A DNA stretch of 64,000 nt, taken from positions 1,985,690 to 2,049,689 of the forward strand of contig MU058384.1 in NCBI GenBank assembly GCA_013265495.1. The letters are read 5' to 3'. Positions 37,667 through 52,156 of the stretch are shown piece by piece. This DNA is from Vicugna vicugna. Taxonomy: Eukaryota. The stretch's first letter is position 1. Every line of letters starts with the position of its first letter. A program made the position numbers and the translations under genes. The notes beneath the pieces are model-generated. The model was not told the origin of the DNA, did not search any database, and worked only from the letters and a program-made list of their open reading frames with translations.

Positions 37667-39710
37667 CTCTTACCATAACCTAATAATTTTCATGGAAATT
37701 GTATTTTCCTCAATGTCACCAATATACAAGTAGCTGCCCTTTGTTAAAAGTTTTATCAAACTATTTGGTTAAACATTGTATCTCAAACTTTTCAGGCCAT
37801 AGTCCATTTAAGTAAGAAAAATGACCCCGTTTTCACCAAATAGCCTCATGTTCCAGTAGAAGAAAGAACTGATAAAAACAAACTGTTGCTCTATAAGCAC
37901 ATATTGTAGATTTTATGTATTACCCTAGTGATAGAGTATGGGTTTTTCATATCTCTAAGTCCAGTTTTAGGGAAAATTATAAGCCAAAAATGCTGTTGCC
38001 TCAAATACGTGCCACCACATGCAAATCTTATCAACCAACAAATTTATAATAATGGTGCTAAATTCATAATCAGTAAGTAGCCAGAATGGTAGCAATTACA
38101 AATCACGATCATCTCAATAAAACGCTGATTATACACCATTAAACAAAGCACCCCCTTCAAAAAAATCTGGGAATTCCAACCATCATCACATGCATATGCA
38201 ATAAAAGCTTCACAACATGGGCAGTGCTGAGAACCAACCAGACCTGTCAGTAGGCCACTGAGTTAGGTGATTTGTCAACACTACTAGTATGTTAATTTTA
38301 TCTTCTGAATAGCTATGTTCAACAACCCTTAGCTTTCTTGATAGGTTATTAGTAAGCATCTGTTAGCCCTATATGAAATGAAAATCACTGGTCCCTAAGC
38401 ACCAAAGAAGCACCTGGCATGTTTAGATCAGTTTGGGGCTCCCAAAGTAGACCCGGCAATGGATCCCATTTTGAAAATCATAGTGCTAACCTAGAATATG
38501 CAAACATCTGCTCCTTTAGGCCATTTGCTGCCTTGTTCTTCCTCTACTGGTGTCTCTGCCCCATCTCCACTACATAAGCTCCCCTTTCTTATTCTACTGT
38601 GTGCTTTGATCTTTGCCATTCCCTGTCTCTCAACCCAGAGCTTGAGGCCTCTCCAAAATTCCAAACCTGTTGTCATTCCAAAATAAAAGCTCACCAAACC
38701 TTTGTCAAAATCTACCATTCCCTACTCTTATCCTTTCATTGCCTTTGGAATGTTATACTCAACAACAGCCTCACTAGCCAGGCCTATTTCTAGTGGAAGC
38801 TTCTATCAGCCACAACACTGGGAAAACAGGTGTCACGCTCTCTGCCCCTGCCCCACAAGCTCTTGTGTGTATAAGACTCTAGTTCCCAAATATGCACAGA
38901 CCTAAGACTGAATTGTTTTGGATTCATCCCAAAACTTTTCATTTTTGGCACAGACTTGCAAAAGCTCATTTTAATTTCTCTAACTATGAAACATTCTAAA
39001 AATCTGGTAATGAAATGAAGAGTTTGTTATTTCATAAAATACAGGAGCCGTGTGTCACCTTTCTGTAAGAAAGTACTCATTTATCATCCAAACACTGTAT
39101 AATAAAAGCTGCCAAAACACTGACTTAAAAAAAAACTATAGCACACTGCCAAATCAGAGGACTGTAACTGCCAACCCGTATTCTTTCTTATTATTTTAAG
39201 CTGTAAGTGTCCATGATACATGAGCACATTTCTGATGCTCAGAACAGCAACCAAGCCCTTCTGCTAAATTTATTCATCCATCCATCACTCTTTCATTCAT
39301 GCATTTATCTAGAAACTATTTATTAAGGGCCTATTATGGGCTAGCACTCTCCTAGGGCTGGAGATTTATCAGTGAACAAAACAACAAAGTCTCCATAGGA
39401 TGGATGAAGGTCTGGCGAGTGATGAAATGTGAAATTTTAGCATTCAAAAAAAATCCACCGAAGAAAAACTATCACTTGTAAATTTGTCTCTGGGTTTAGT
39501 GCCATGATTTTCAGTGAGCCTTCCTTCGTCCCCTTGAATTCTGATGCAGTGAAACCTTGACCACGACCACTTTCTATTTGCCAGAGTCTTCCTTGATGCT
39601 CAGGTTATTTTCAATACTGCATAGGACAAATGACAATAACAATTACAGCCCCAGCAACAAAGTCCCTGCCGAGACAATAATAGCAACAACTAACATTTAT
39701 TGAGTAACTA

Positions 39711-40767
39711 CAAATGCTTCCTGACTTATGATGGTTCTGCTACCAGTAGGAGGGAAATAAGAGTTACTTCGGTTCTTAGTCACCAGAAAAAAAGAATTTC
39801 TAACGAGGCACAAAGTGTAATATAAACAATATTTTATTAGTAAAGTAAAAAGGTAGTAAAATGCAGTACACGCCTGAGAACTGGGAGCGGGCCAATCCAA
39901 GAGAGGAAAAATGGTGCCGCTCCTTTTTTCCTGTTTTTATATCCAGGCTTAGGGGGCATGTTCGTGATTAATTGATTCACGGCCCAGGTTCTCTGAGTGA
40001 TCAGGCTGATTGACAGCTCAGGTTCCTTGTGCTCAGGCACGCCCGTCCCTTTTGTGCAGGTTCCTACCCGTGATGCACCACAGAGAAACCTATGGGAGGG
40101 GCCTCAAACTGCAATGTTAATTACATTACAATGAGCATTGGGTCAAGTTAAGTTGGGTCCTTCTCTCTGTTGTGCAGCCGCAGTGTTCGATCCTAGCCGG
40201 CTGCTTTGCTGGCCCTCATCTAGAGAAAGTAGAAGTTTTTGGAGCCCCTTATCCCGAGCACAGGCATACTGTTATTTCCTGGGTTGCTCCTTTTCTCTTC
40301 CTCTCCCCTGGCCCGGTGCTCATTTCTATCTAACTGCCTAACAGTTTGACTTTTGATTTTTTGACTTTATAAAGGTGTGAAAGCGGTACGCATTCAGTGG
40401 AAACGGTACTTCGAATTTTAATCTTTTCTCAGGCTAGCGATACATGGTACAATCCTCTCTCGTGACCCTGGGCAGCCGCAGTGAGCTGCAGCTCCCAGTC
40501 AGCCACGTGATCACAAAGGTACACACAACCATTCTGTTTTTCGTTTTCAGGGAGTTACATGAGATATTCAACACTTTGTTATAAAATAGGCTTTGTGTTA
40601 GATGATTTTGCCCAGGCTAATGTAAATGTTCTAAGCACATTTAATGCAGGCAGGGCTAAGCTACGGTGTTTGGTCAGTTAGATGTATTAAGCACATTTTC
40701 AACTTATGATGTTTTCCATTTATGATGGGTTTATTGGACGTAATCCCATAAATTGAGGAAGATTTGT
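39711..40767 (-). mobile_element. MER82-like Tigger element interrupted by an LTR
   Basis: TIR-like ends ta-caaatgcttcctgactta … aaattgaggaagatttg-ta; body matches recalled MER82. Confidence 0.75.
39738..40343 (-). mobile_element. ERV1 solo LTR (relatively young, CpG-retaining)
   Basis: TG…CA ends; 4-bp TSD GTTC/GTTT; TATA-like and AATAAA on minus strand. Confidence 0.8.
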
Positions 40768-43700
40768 ACTGTATTTCAGACATTTAGTCCTCACAGCAAT
40801 CCTAATAGTTAAATATTATCGTTGTTGTTATTTAACACCTTTATTGTGGTATGATTCTTATACAGTAAACTACACATATTTCAGATGCACAGTTTGATGA
40901 ATTTTGATAGATGTATATACCAATGAAGCCACCATCACAATCAAGATAGCTAATGTTTCCATCACTCCCCAAGAGGTGCAAGTTTTGAATTCCAATAAAT
41001 ATTGTTATTATTATTTCCCCCGTTTTACAGATGAGGAGGGAACAAGACTTAGAGGTTATTACATTGTCCCACCAGTCCAAGCCAAGGATCTAGTTCTTTA
41101 ATTTGCTGAACGCCTCCTGGCTGCAATAGTAGAGTCCTAAACTCAGGGCTGGACGCCCAACTCCAAAACTGCTCATCTCTTTCAGGGGCTCCAGATGCTA
41201 ATACCCTTGGCCTCTCCCTGCATCCAGTTGTCAGCAATCTCCTTCCCTGCTGATTACAACATCAACACACAATAAATATTGAATGTATGTATAGACTGTT
41301 TACTATTCTAATCAAATAATGCATTCCATAAAGTTAATTTGGTACCTATTTAATGAGACACATAATTGTTATTGAATTGCATGGCAATTAGATAAAGTTG
41401 TTCCAATAAATCCTGTAATCAGCCCCCAAATAATTGTCTTATGTTTTCTGCTCCCATTTTGTAATTTTGCAGGATCTACCATTTCCTTGTATGATGTGCT
41501 ATTTCTTCTCCCACTTCCTCTTCTTCTGTTTCTTCAGAATACACTCAAATGAAATAGAATATAATGAGTCTAGACTGTACTCCCCAATGGTTTAAATTCC
41601 ACGATCCCTAGATGAGATCTTTCTGGGCTTCTCCTGGCACGCCACACCTACTTCCCTGATGCCCTGTTGATGACCTGGAGGCCAGATAGTTCAAAAACAG
41701 GAAGAATTGGGCACAGTTTGCCCTGAGAAGGCTACAGACGTATCCTACGCTGGGGATCAGCCTAACAGTGACCTCCAACACAGCTGATGACAAAGTAAAG
41801 CAAAAAATGAACTCTCAGCATTACCCATTTGTGATCTAGGAGTCTTAGGGCAAAAATATTAGAGGAAACAGTTTAGGAATAAAAGCGAGAGACTTTCCAC
41901 ATGAATATGAAGAAAGTCAGGAAGTCACAAGGATAAAGAGAATGCCACAGGAGACGAAGCTGATGGTCAGCGTCAGTAACGTTTTGAAGGCTGGAAAGCA
42001 GATGGAAGAATGATAATCACCTTAAGAAAGCTGCTACTCACCAGCAAGAACCAAGTCGCTCCCATTGGGTGCTCACAGGGACTCAAACCAGGGCACTTCC
42101 AGGGAACCCCAGAGGCAGGAGTGAGATCTGTGACTGGAGTTAGGGGGGCTGGTTGACCTTCTGTACACTGAGCTGGTAGACTTTCCCCAGGTCCTAGCTC
42201 CATTCCATGAATCCAGACACTCCCCGTCCTCCCCACTGCACAGAGACACATGGGAAGATGGAGAGGCAGTAGTTCCATACCAGAGAACCCCCGGTGATGG
42301 GCAGAGCTGAGAACAGGAGTAAGTGAAATCGGCTGATTGAAGAGGAGGACCCACCCCTCGCTGCATTGGAGCTTCTCTGTCAACAGCACTCAGCTGTGTT
42401 CCTGGATCTACTTCTTTCTATTTGTTTCTCCTGCTTCCAATGAGCTCCCTCATCCTCTGTCTTTTCTCTAATTCACAGCTTCTACTTAAGCTTTAGTTTA
42501 CTTTGATTTATTAGCGTCAGTTCTTGCTGCTGCCTGCCTCACTTGCTGAATGTGTGTGTAAATTAAACCGCTTAATATAAGAGTTTGTGTACCACAGTTT
42601 GTCCATATGGTGCCAGACCACCCCATAGGTCGTTGGTCAGTTTAAGGATCCATTCCGTCAGCTGCCCACTCCTGGTCCAATCAGTTATAGCCTTAGGCCA
42701 TGACGCAAAAGCTCTAATGCAGCGAGGCGTGATTCTTTCCCACAACTGACCGTCAGAATCAGCCTGGGAGATGCTACTTTGAGGAAATGCTTGGGCCCCA
42801 CCCCAATTTATTCAGTCAGAATGGGAACATTTAGATGTCCTAATAGCTACAGAGGCCATTCTGATGTCCTCGGGTAGGAGTCGCTCACCTCTAGAAGCCC
42901 TGCCTTAACGCGTTTCCCGGTCTTCAATTTCAGTATCTTCCTAATTGCCCCACAGAGGTGCTGACAGTTAATCCCCATCACCCGGCAAAGTCTCCATTCC
43001 TTCTAACCAAGAGTCTCACTACAACATTCACTAAAAGGAGAACTACAGGGCAAAAAAAATTTAAGAACCCTTTTGTTGAGGCTGCTAGAGATAAACAAAA
43101 GCTATAAGAGAGGGGTTTTCATACAAAATCACCTTCCAGAAAAAAATATGATCTTTTCTGATTTCTTATCATAAAAGGCTCTGGAGGAGTGAGTTTTCTT
43201 TGAGGAGTTTCTTTACATCTTTTGCTAAGGAAGAGGAAACTTCAAGATGATCTGACTATAAATAAATTAAAGGTACATGCCGTTCTCTTAACTTTTTCTA
43301 GATATACGAGGCTATAAATTACTGAGGTCAACGTTGCGCATGTCACACAGAAAAGCAGGCTTGCTCCTTTGCCATCACATGTGTTTGTATTTTGGCTGTC
43401 GGTCCATAGGCCTTTTTTCCCTCATTGCCTGGAACCATAGGAAGCTGCTCAGACACCAAGGAAATCTGGGATGTGAGTGTTTAATTAAGACAAACTCCTC
43501 AAATCAACATTTCTGTAACTTATTTTTAAATTGTGCCTCCAGCACACAAAGGAGTGCTTGGATTTTCTCTGATGGGAACTTGAGGAAATTTGAGGCTGCA
43601 AAAGTAGTAACTTTAATTTTTTGATCAACAGTCACTTAGTCTGAAGATGACAAACTATAATTAGATTGCTTTATGTAATCCCAACATACAAAACAGCACT

Positions 43701-46698
43701 GTCATGGATCTTACAAATAAAGTTACTTCATAGTTAGTGGTACTTATCAAATTATTTTGTGTAAGTTTTTTACAGTTCTTTGTAATTCACCATTATCAAG
43801 ACATATACTTAGAATTGTTTCTTCTGTCTTAAGGGTTCAAAATGTCCCAACCCTTTCCAGCCTCAGCTTTCAACACTCCTCTTTCCCTCCTTACCTTAAG
43901 TCACTTGCCTCTTTCTACCTTTGTGGGCAGCAACAACTCCACCAGTAAAGTCCTTCCAGATCATTCTCTTGCTTTAAGACAAACTTCACTTCATCCCAGT
44001 TCACCCTGGAATAATTCATCATTTTTGCACCTGTATCCCTATATCGTTTACCCAAAGCTTTTTCTACATTTAATACAGATTGTGTAAATTATTTGCTTCT
44101 CTGAGAATAATAATAACCCCTAACGTCTAGCACAGTGACTTGAACAAAGTAGATGCTATACATTTCTGTTGCATGAATGAAGAAATGTCAGTGTACAATT
44201 GTTTATGATTTCTGATTCCCATCGATAGCCAGTGGCACTCATTTCTGAGATGATTAATTGGAATGCAGTTATAGCCAAGAAAGATTTATTTTCCTGTGAA
44301 TCTGGCTCAAAAGAAATCAAATTTATGATTTTGAATTTTAAGACCATGATCCAAATAAAAAAGAACTATCCATATATGAAGTTGTTACAAAGGAACTGAC
44401 CATTTCAAATCTAAAAGAAAATGTATAAAACTGTATCATGGATGTCAGCGGTAGGTAGGAATGCTGTTCTATTAATTTTCTCAAAATAACTAAATAATCC
44501 CATGAATATATATTTTCTGGAAGATATTTCCCAAATTCTAAATCATTACGGGTTTGAAACTTCGAAACTTCATTTGATACTCACCAAGACACTAAACAAA
44601 GTGCCAAACTGATTATTTCAACTTCTGAAGATTTTAAGGAAGTCTTTGACTGTGAGGTCTGCCTCCTCTCAAAAAATTCCATCAGACCTATGAGTTTTCC
44701 AGATTGCTTTCCTCTAAAAACTGCTTCAATTTCTCAGCCCAATATTTACAAAACCTGTCGATTGTATGCCTTTTGTTTTTCTAAATGCCTAATTAAAAAT
44801 TCAACTTAAAGATAATAAAAGGCAGAATTATGATTGTATATACATTTCAAAATTGAGATGAAAATCCATCTTGAACCATAATTCTCAGGTCCTATGACCT
44901 CCTGAACCATCACATGAGTCCTAGAATCAAATCCCCACCTGCTTACTACACATTTCCAGTCCAAATACTCTAAGTTCACCATGTCCAATGTAACTCTCTC
45001 TAAAACTAGCTCTCCTGCCCCACTCAATTTCCCTGTCACTGCTAACACATTATTTTCTCAGTTACTGAGGTCAGGTAGATAGTGGATTTGACCATGTCTT
45101 CTCATTTATCCTTTGTTTTCTGCTACAAACATAGTTCTATGGATTCATCCTTCAAAAGGTCTCCTGCATCTATAGTCAACCTGTATTGTTTCCATGGACT
45201 CAGCATCCTTTCCTTTGGGGGACTATCCCTCTATTTGAGGTAAGGCTGTGAAGCACAGTATCCCACCCAGTCCTCACTCAGAAAAAAGCATATGACCCAG
45301 GTCATTCAAGGTACCTCATCTCTCTGGCAAATGTTATTGGTCAAAGGGGTAGATTTATGCTGCAAGTAGAGCCAATCAGAGTTCCTTTCTTAGAATTCAT
45401 AATTAATACATAATTCTCTCTCCACTAGAGCTGCTAATCTATGAGTAGCTGAATTTGCAACTATCTGCAGGAAAAGAGTAAAAAGAGAATGAGAATGAGC
45501 CAAAGAAGGCATCAGAGCCGATATGGAAAGGCAGAGTGTTTAAACAACATTCAGTACCTGGAGGCCATGCCTGAAGTGCATCCCATCCCTGAACTTGGCA
45601 GTTAAGTCAAATTTCAAAATTCTGACTTGCCCTCTTTCTGGCTGGCTGAACTTGGACAAGCTCTAAACTTTTCTGTGCCCCTCTTACCTCATCTATAAAA
45701 TGGGAGATCATATTTATACCTACTTCACATTGTTATATGAGAATTAGCGTAATAAATGCTTGATAAATGTCAGCAATGATTATGAAGTGCCTGTGAATTC
45801 TGTTGTTATTTAATCTAGTTTGAACGGGGGTCCTGTCCCAATAGAAAAGGTACGGATAGACAGAGTTTTTGTTTCCTTTAAAATGGGCTTGGAGTCCATC
45901 CTTCCTCTGCCTGTCCATTATCACCATCCCCATGATATTCTTGACAACTGTCTCAGCTGGCTTGTCTGACTACATGTACTCTCTACAATCCACCTTAGTT
46001 ACCAGTGGCAGAGCTACCTTTACTGAACATCACCTTCATCATGGAACGTCCTTTCTCCAATTTTTGTTCAGACTCCTCTCCCTGGCTTCCCAGGTTCCAC
46101 CTTCATTAGACAGTCTGAATCACCTCTCTCCCCAACATTCTGGTCAGCTTGACACCTTACCTTTCACAAGATCATTCTCTGCTAATTCACGTCCTTCTGC
46201 CTTACCTTGAGTCACCACCCTCACCCAATCCCTCCTTTTCCCTCTGGACTTAGTCAGCTCCAATCTGGCAAATTCTGCCTCCTCTATACCTTTTCCAACC
46301 ATCATATCTTTCACTGGTTTTATCTTCCTTAAGCTTCTGTATCGTTTTCAATTCTATACTACAAGATGCAACATATAATCACAGATAATCCTGTATTGTT
46401 TCAGGTCTGTCATTTAGAAAGTAAAGTTTTTAGGTTACCTTTTTTTTTGTCATGTCCCCTCACCTAGCAGTAAGCACATCGCAGGCATCAAAATCAAATA
46501 TTTTTTAATAGGGCACAATCATAACACTAACCACCCCTACTTTTTAAGTTCTATGGTTCTTAAGAGAATTTTTCTTCAAATTAAGGTAACTTTTTCTGCA
46601 GTTACCTAATCTTAACGCAAAAAAATGGATTTTAAGAGGCACAAAACTCTTAAATGACGAAATAAGGTAATAAGGCAACTTGAGGAGAGTTACATGTT

Positions 46699-46704
46699 TT
46701 TATT
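46699..46704 (-). terminator. Distal poly(A) signal AATAAA of ABRACL
   Basis: tttatt on + strand, ~375 nt downstream of the stop, followed by U-rich sequence on the minus strand. Confidence 0.7.
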
Positions 46705-46882
46705 ACATAAAGATTATAATATTCCTTGTGGGAACTGGTCTTTCAAGTTTGCTTCTTGATTTCACAGAATGTCAAATATCTGTAGAAACTGTCTAAGAAT
46801 GATTTATGAAACACTCTCTCCCCAACCAAAAAAGCCTCACTGCCTACATTTTCCAACCAGATTCCTGAGAAAAATAATGGGT

Positions 46883-46888
46883 TTTATT
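46883..46888 (-). terminator. Proximal candidate poly(A) signal AATAAA in ABRACL 3'UTR
   Basis: tttatt on + strand, ~190 nt downstream of the stop. Confidence 0.45.
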
Positions 46889-47078
46889 TTACAGTGTAAT
46901 ACATAAATTTGCTCTCAAGATATAAAAAAGGACAGACTTGTAAAATATGAGTCCCCGTTTGTTTACAAAGTTCTATAAAAATACATTAAGTACGCTCAAA
47001 TGTTTGTCCTTTGACTTAACATTCCAGTTTATCAGAAACACACACACAAAAATAATAAACAAAGCTATGCAAACCACA

Positions 47079-47263
47079 TTAATCTTGCAGCAATACAATG
47101 TCAACATCATCATGAACACCTTGCAAAAGCAGCTCTCCTGCATACGTAATAATCTTCCTTCGTTTTGCAGCTTTGAGGGTTCCTACCAATGCTTCAAAGA
47201 GGTTGGCACATTTGTCGTCTTGGAAGAGGACCCCAAATTTCACACTTAGTTTTCCATCAGCAT
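47079..47263 (-). CDS. ABRACL: ABRACL last coding exon (exon 3), (N)ADGKLSVKFGVLFQDDKCANLFEALVGTLKAAKRRKIITYAGELLLQGVHDDVDIVLLQD*
   Basis: ORF track 47079..47282 contains the Costars domain. Acceptor ttAG at 47264-47267, TAA stop. 61+185=246 nt gives 81 aa plus stop, the known ABRACL length. Confidence 0.98.
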
Positions 47264-47350
47264 CTAATTTGAGAAAACACAATGTTAGTCAATGCAAAGT
47301 CTGTTTCTTGCTGCCATGTACAGCAGACAGACATAATCTTTAATAAACTT

Positions 47351-47386
47351 TTTTTAACATTTTTTATTGAGTAATAGCCATTTTAC
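47351..47386 (-). mobile_element. 36-bp L1 3'-terminal micro-insertion
   Basis: 9-bp TSD aataaactt (47342-47350, 47387-47395). The insert resembles the extreme 3' end of the L1 at 12764 and carries AATAAA + A-tail. Confidence 0.75.
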
Positions 47387-47811
47387 AATAAACTTCTAAT
47401 TATAGGTTAACCAAGATTACAATTTAACAGTTTATAGTCAAAAATTCAATGCAGCGTCTTGCCAGATTCAAAAAGTGATAGAATAAAAGCAGTGTGTTGT
47501 ATGTCTCCTAGCCTTAGTATCATCTGGACAAAAAGTAGAAAAGAACCAATATAGTATCTCTACAGTGGACAATTCCTCTGTCTAAAGTTCAATTTTCTAA
47601 TTGTTATGTAAGTTGTTGAATCAATAAAAATAATAAACACAAGAGAAACCCCAGGTCAGGAGCAGTGTTTCTCTAAGTGTGTTCTGAACATGCTCAGAAC
47701 ACCAGGACGGGAGTGGTAACCTTAAAAATTAAGAAATCTGTATTTACAAGGATCCCAAGAGTATCTAGTTTGAGGGCCAGTTTTAATAAAGATGTTAAAA
47801 ATTAAGGCAAA

Positions 47812-48335
47812 CACTAAAAAGAAATGAGCTATTAAGCCATGAAAAGACATGGAGGAACCTTAAATACATATTACTAAGTGAAAGAAAGCAATCTGAAAAA
47901 CCTACGCACTGTATGATTCCAACTACGGGATATTCTAGAATAGGCAAAACTATGGAAGAAAACTAAGTGAAAAGATCAGTGGTTTTCAGTGATTAGGAAT
48001 AGGGGAAAATGAACAGGCAGAACACAATTTTTAAAGCGATGAAGATATTCTGTATGACACTATAAAATGATGGAGACATGTCATTACACATTAGTCCAAA
48101 CCCACAGGAGGTACACCACCAAGAGTGAAATGTTAATGTAAACGATGGCCTCAGGGTGATAATAATGTGTCAGTGTAGAGTCATCAATTGTAACAAAGGC
48201 ACCACTCTGGTGGGTGATGTTGACAATAGGGGAGACTGTGCAGGTGAAGAGGCAGGGGGTATATGGGAAATCTCTGTGCCTTCCTCTCAGTTTTATTGTA
48301 AATCTAGAACTGCTCTTTAAAAAATAATAGTCTTT
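47812..48335 (+). mobile_element. L1MC-type 3' end in ABRACL intron 2
   Basis: aagccatgaaaagacatggaggaaccttaaat…caccaagagtgaa…ccactctggtggg…aaactgctct-type motifs. Confidence 0.85.
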
Positions 48336-51300
48336 TTTTTTTAAGGTAAACAAAAGGTGGATCTCTGGTTAAAAGTCAATCAACTGAAATCTCGAAGATA
48401 AGGGTAATCGAGGACACCTCCCCACTGTGGACTGACTGCTTAGATCTACCTGGCTGAACACCTGACCCCTTCCTACTGCTGCTCCAAGTTCTTCCCTCCC
48501 AAAGCTGCACCCCCTGTCAAGAAGATGGGTGTCACAGTGAGAAGGGCTCCTGAGTTCCTGCACTCCCCTGCTAGAACTTCCAAGGGGAGGCTTTGTAACC
48601 TCCTACCGTGAGAGCAGTGCTGTGCTGGGCACTAGAGGCAGAGAGAAGGAAGTACAGAATCACTTTCTAGCTATCAAAGAAATGGCTTCAGTTCCCACGA
48701 GGAAACAAGAAACTTACAAGTAAAGCAACAGTACAAAGCAGTAGGTGATTGGACGTCAAGAGCAAGGTGACTTCGGGCTAGAATGGTAAGGGAGGACTTT
48801 GTGAAGGAGGTGGTGCCTGTTTTAGGCTTCAAAAGGAGTATCACACAAAGCTTCTTTTGAAAACCTGACAGTCCTCAGTTGAAAGTTTGCCCATCTGCTA
48901 GTTGTTTGGCCTTGGGAACTTGCTTAAGCTCCCTAAGCCTCAGTGTCCCCATCTGTAAAATGGGGATCCTCATACCTCCCGCACAGTGTGGCTGGGGACC
49001 CACTTCTAAAGCACACAGCACAGTGCCTGGCACACTCTGAGCACTTGATCTGTGATCATTGGTTCAACTACAGGTGAGACAAATGGGGGAATGTGCCCAG
49101 CCACAGGCACAGGTGAAACAAGTAAGTGTCCAGGGGAACAGCAACTAGAGAGACTAATGTACTCACCTCAAGTTAACTCTGGAAGAGGAGAGGGAGGAAA
49201 TAAGTTTGTAAATGAAAGCAGAGAATTTGACCACACTTGGCCTGGAAAGCAAAGATGTATGTCTTCGATTTTTAAACTTCTAGCAGCAGGATCCTCTGTC
49301 TGCAGTGAGAATCTTCCACTGACTACAGGAATAATTGGAGCTGCTGGTAACCTGGCAGGTCCTTCAAGCTCTTGGAGCTATGGTTACTTCGTCCATAAAA
49401 CGAGGGTAAAAACACCTCTCTCAAGGTTGTTGGCAAGATTAAAAGATAAAATAAAGGTAAAAATCCTTCGCCAGCCTATGGTAAACTGTCAATTTAGGTT
49501 AAGTTTTTAAAAGGCACCAAAGGCTGAAACCTGGCTGGAATCTTGGAGTTCTGCCCACTCACCCTTCAATCTGACAAATGTCTAGGTGATGCCACCTTCT
49601 TTGTATCTTCTGTTGCTCCAGCCTCTCCTCTCCGTGGACCCCGCACCTCCCTTCCTCCATTTTTCCTTGCAATACATCCTCCACACTGATGCAGAATAAA
49701 AAATGTGGAAGAAACTCCATAAGATGCAAACTTAATTGACATTTTTCTACTTTAATCTTTCAGTGGCTCCCTATCACCTTCAAAATGAAGTGAAGTCCAT
49801 GGCCTCACAGATAAGATGCTCTGTCTGCTGGCCCTTGCACTTACCACTCACATGGTCTCCTGCCAGACCCTTCTGTGCACCCTGTGATCCAGACAAAATG
49901 AGCGACTTGCTGTTACCCAAGGTGACGAGAGTCACCTGCCCTGGCAACTTTGCCCATGTGCAGCCATCTGCCCAGCATCCTAGACCCTCATTTCTAGCTA
50001 AATTCCTTTTTCTTCAAAAATGGGCTTGTGTCACCTTTTCTAAGAAGTCCTCTATGATTCCTTCAACGGGTTAATAGTTTTCTTATAAAATTGAGTATCT
50101 ATCAATCCAAGCACCCACCACCAATTACAGTAATAATAGCTAACATTTATTGAGTACTTGCTATGTTCTTAGAACTGTTCAATGCATTTCACAGTCATTA
50201 AAACTCACTTAACCATTTTGTCAAAGATAAGACACAATTGATTGCAAGAAGCACCATTATTTTATGTTTCCATTAAACTGCCAATTCAACTATAGCATGC
50301 CATGCATTATAAAATACATCCTTATTTTAGAGATTTTAAACTGTGAAAAAACAAGTGTCTTCAATACTCACTGATACAGAGTATTATGGTTATATGAATA
50401 AGGAAAACAAGGCACAGAAAAGTTTAGAAATATGCCCCAAGTCACACAGCAAGTATGTGGAGGAGCTGAGATTCACTCCCGGAGCCTGATTCTGGAGCAC
50501 ATGCTCTTAAACCACTTCCCAACACATGCTTCCAGACTATGTCTTCTCACTACCTAGAGGCCCACAAGGGCTGAGAGGGAATTTATTTAATTTCTCATCT
50601 CCAGCACTTGAGCACAAAGGCAGCACTCAAGAAACAGTCATTGAATGGAAGAATTCAAATCTCCAGATAATCTTTATTTATTTAATTATTTCCTGCTGAA
50701 TGAAAAATGAGAGACTATAAAGAACTTTATTTTAAAAGAAGCAGATGAAATTAAATTCATCAATTTCCAACTTCACCTAATACATCATATTTAGATTAGT
50801 CTTCACATGATAAACCTAAATCATAATTCAGATTAGTCAGCCTTATTCTAGACACAATGTAAATATTAACCATAACCTGTTAGTAGATAACATATCCCCT
50901 TAGATGGTTTCCAACTCAGTAAGTCATCCATGACCGGAAACAGGAAGGTCAAGGAAGCCTGGTGAAGCTGCGATGTTCAAAATATTTTCATCCTTGCAGA
51001 AGTTACGATAATTACTTTATAGTCATCTAGTTCATAAAGCTGCTCCTTTTGAAGTGCAGGTTCAGTTTGCCTTAGTAGAATAACACCGTGCTAGGGATAC
51101 AGAGTTTAGACTTTTAAATGCAATTGACTGGCCAATAAACATGCAGGTGACATGGAGAAAGGACTACGAGAGACGAAAGTCCTACACATCTTTGGAAGTG
51201 CACCTTTAATATCTTCAACAATACAGACATAAGTACTACTCGCAAGAGTGACATGACCTCACAGAGCTCAAGGAGACACTGAGAACACAGAAATGAGGGG

Positions 51301-51394
51301 AACAGATAGGGGCATCACTATCGAAATAAGACTCACTAAACTTCCATCCCGTGGATATGGTGAAGTGGGTGGGGGAAGAACAGGGTTAGGAAAG

Positions 51395-52120
51395 ACTGTT
51401 CCCTTGTGTGATCAGAGTGATGCAATGCAAGGACTCAACCAGCTGTTCCTGGCTTTGAGGATGGAGGAAGGGAGCCATGAGACGAGGAATGCAGACTGCC
51501 TCTGAAAGCTAGACAAAGGCTAGGAAACAGATTCTCTACAGCCTCCAGAAAGGCACACACCCTGCCAACAACTTTAGTTTAGCCCAGAAGACTTTTATCA
51601 GACTCTGCTCTGGTCTGAATGGCTGTGTCCTTCTAAAATTCATATGGTGACATCCTAATCCTGCAAGGTGATGATATCAGCAGGTGGGGCCTTCGGGAGG
51701 TGCTAAAGTCATGGGGATGTAAGGATGTAAGGTCAGGAGTCAGAAGGATTAATGCCCTATAAAAGAGGCTGCAAGGTTTCATCAGTCATAAAAGGACAAA
51801 ACCTTGCCGTTTGTGACAACATGGATGTACCTTGAGGACATTATGCTAAGTGAAATACGTCAGAGAAAGACAAATACCATATGATTTCACTCAGATGTGG
51901 AATTTCAAAAACAAATTAAACCCCCCAAATACAAGAACAAACCAAACCAAATCAAAACAAACGTGTTGATACAGGAGGGATGGAGGGCAGGGGGAGACGG
52001 GGAAGTGGATAAAGGGGACCAACTGTATGGTGATGGTGGAAACTAAATTTTTGGTGGTGAGCATGCTGAAGGTATCACATGAAACTTATACAATGTTATA
52101 AGCCAATATAACCATAGTAA

Positions 52121-52156
<36 letters not shown>

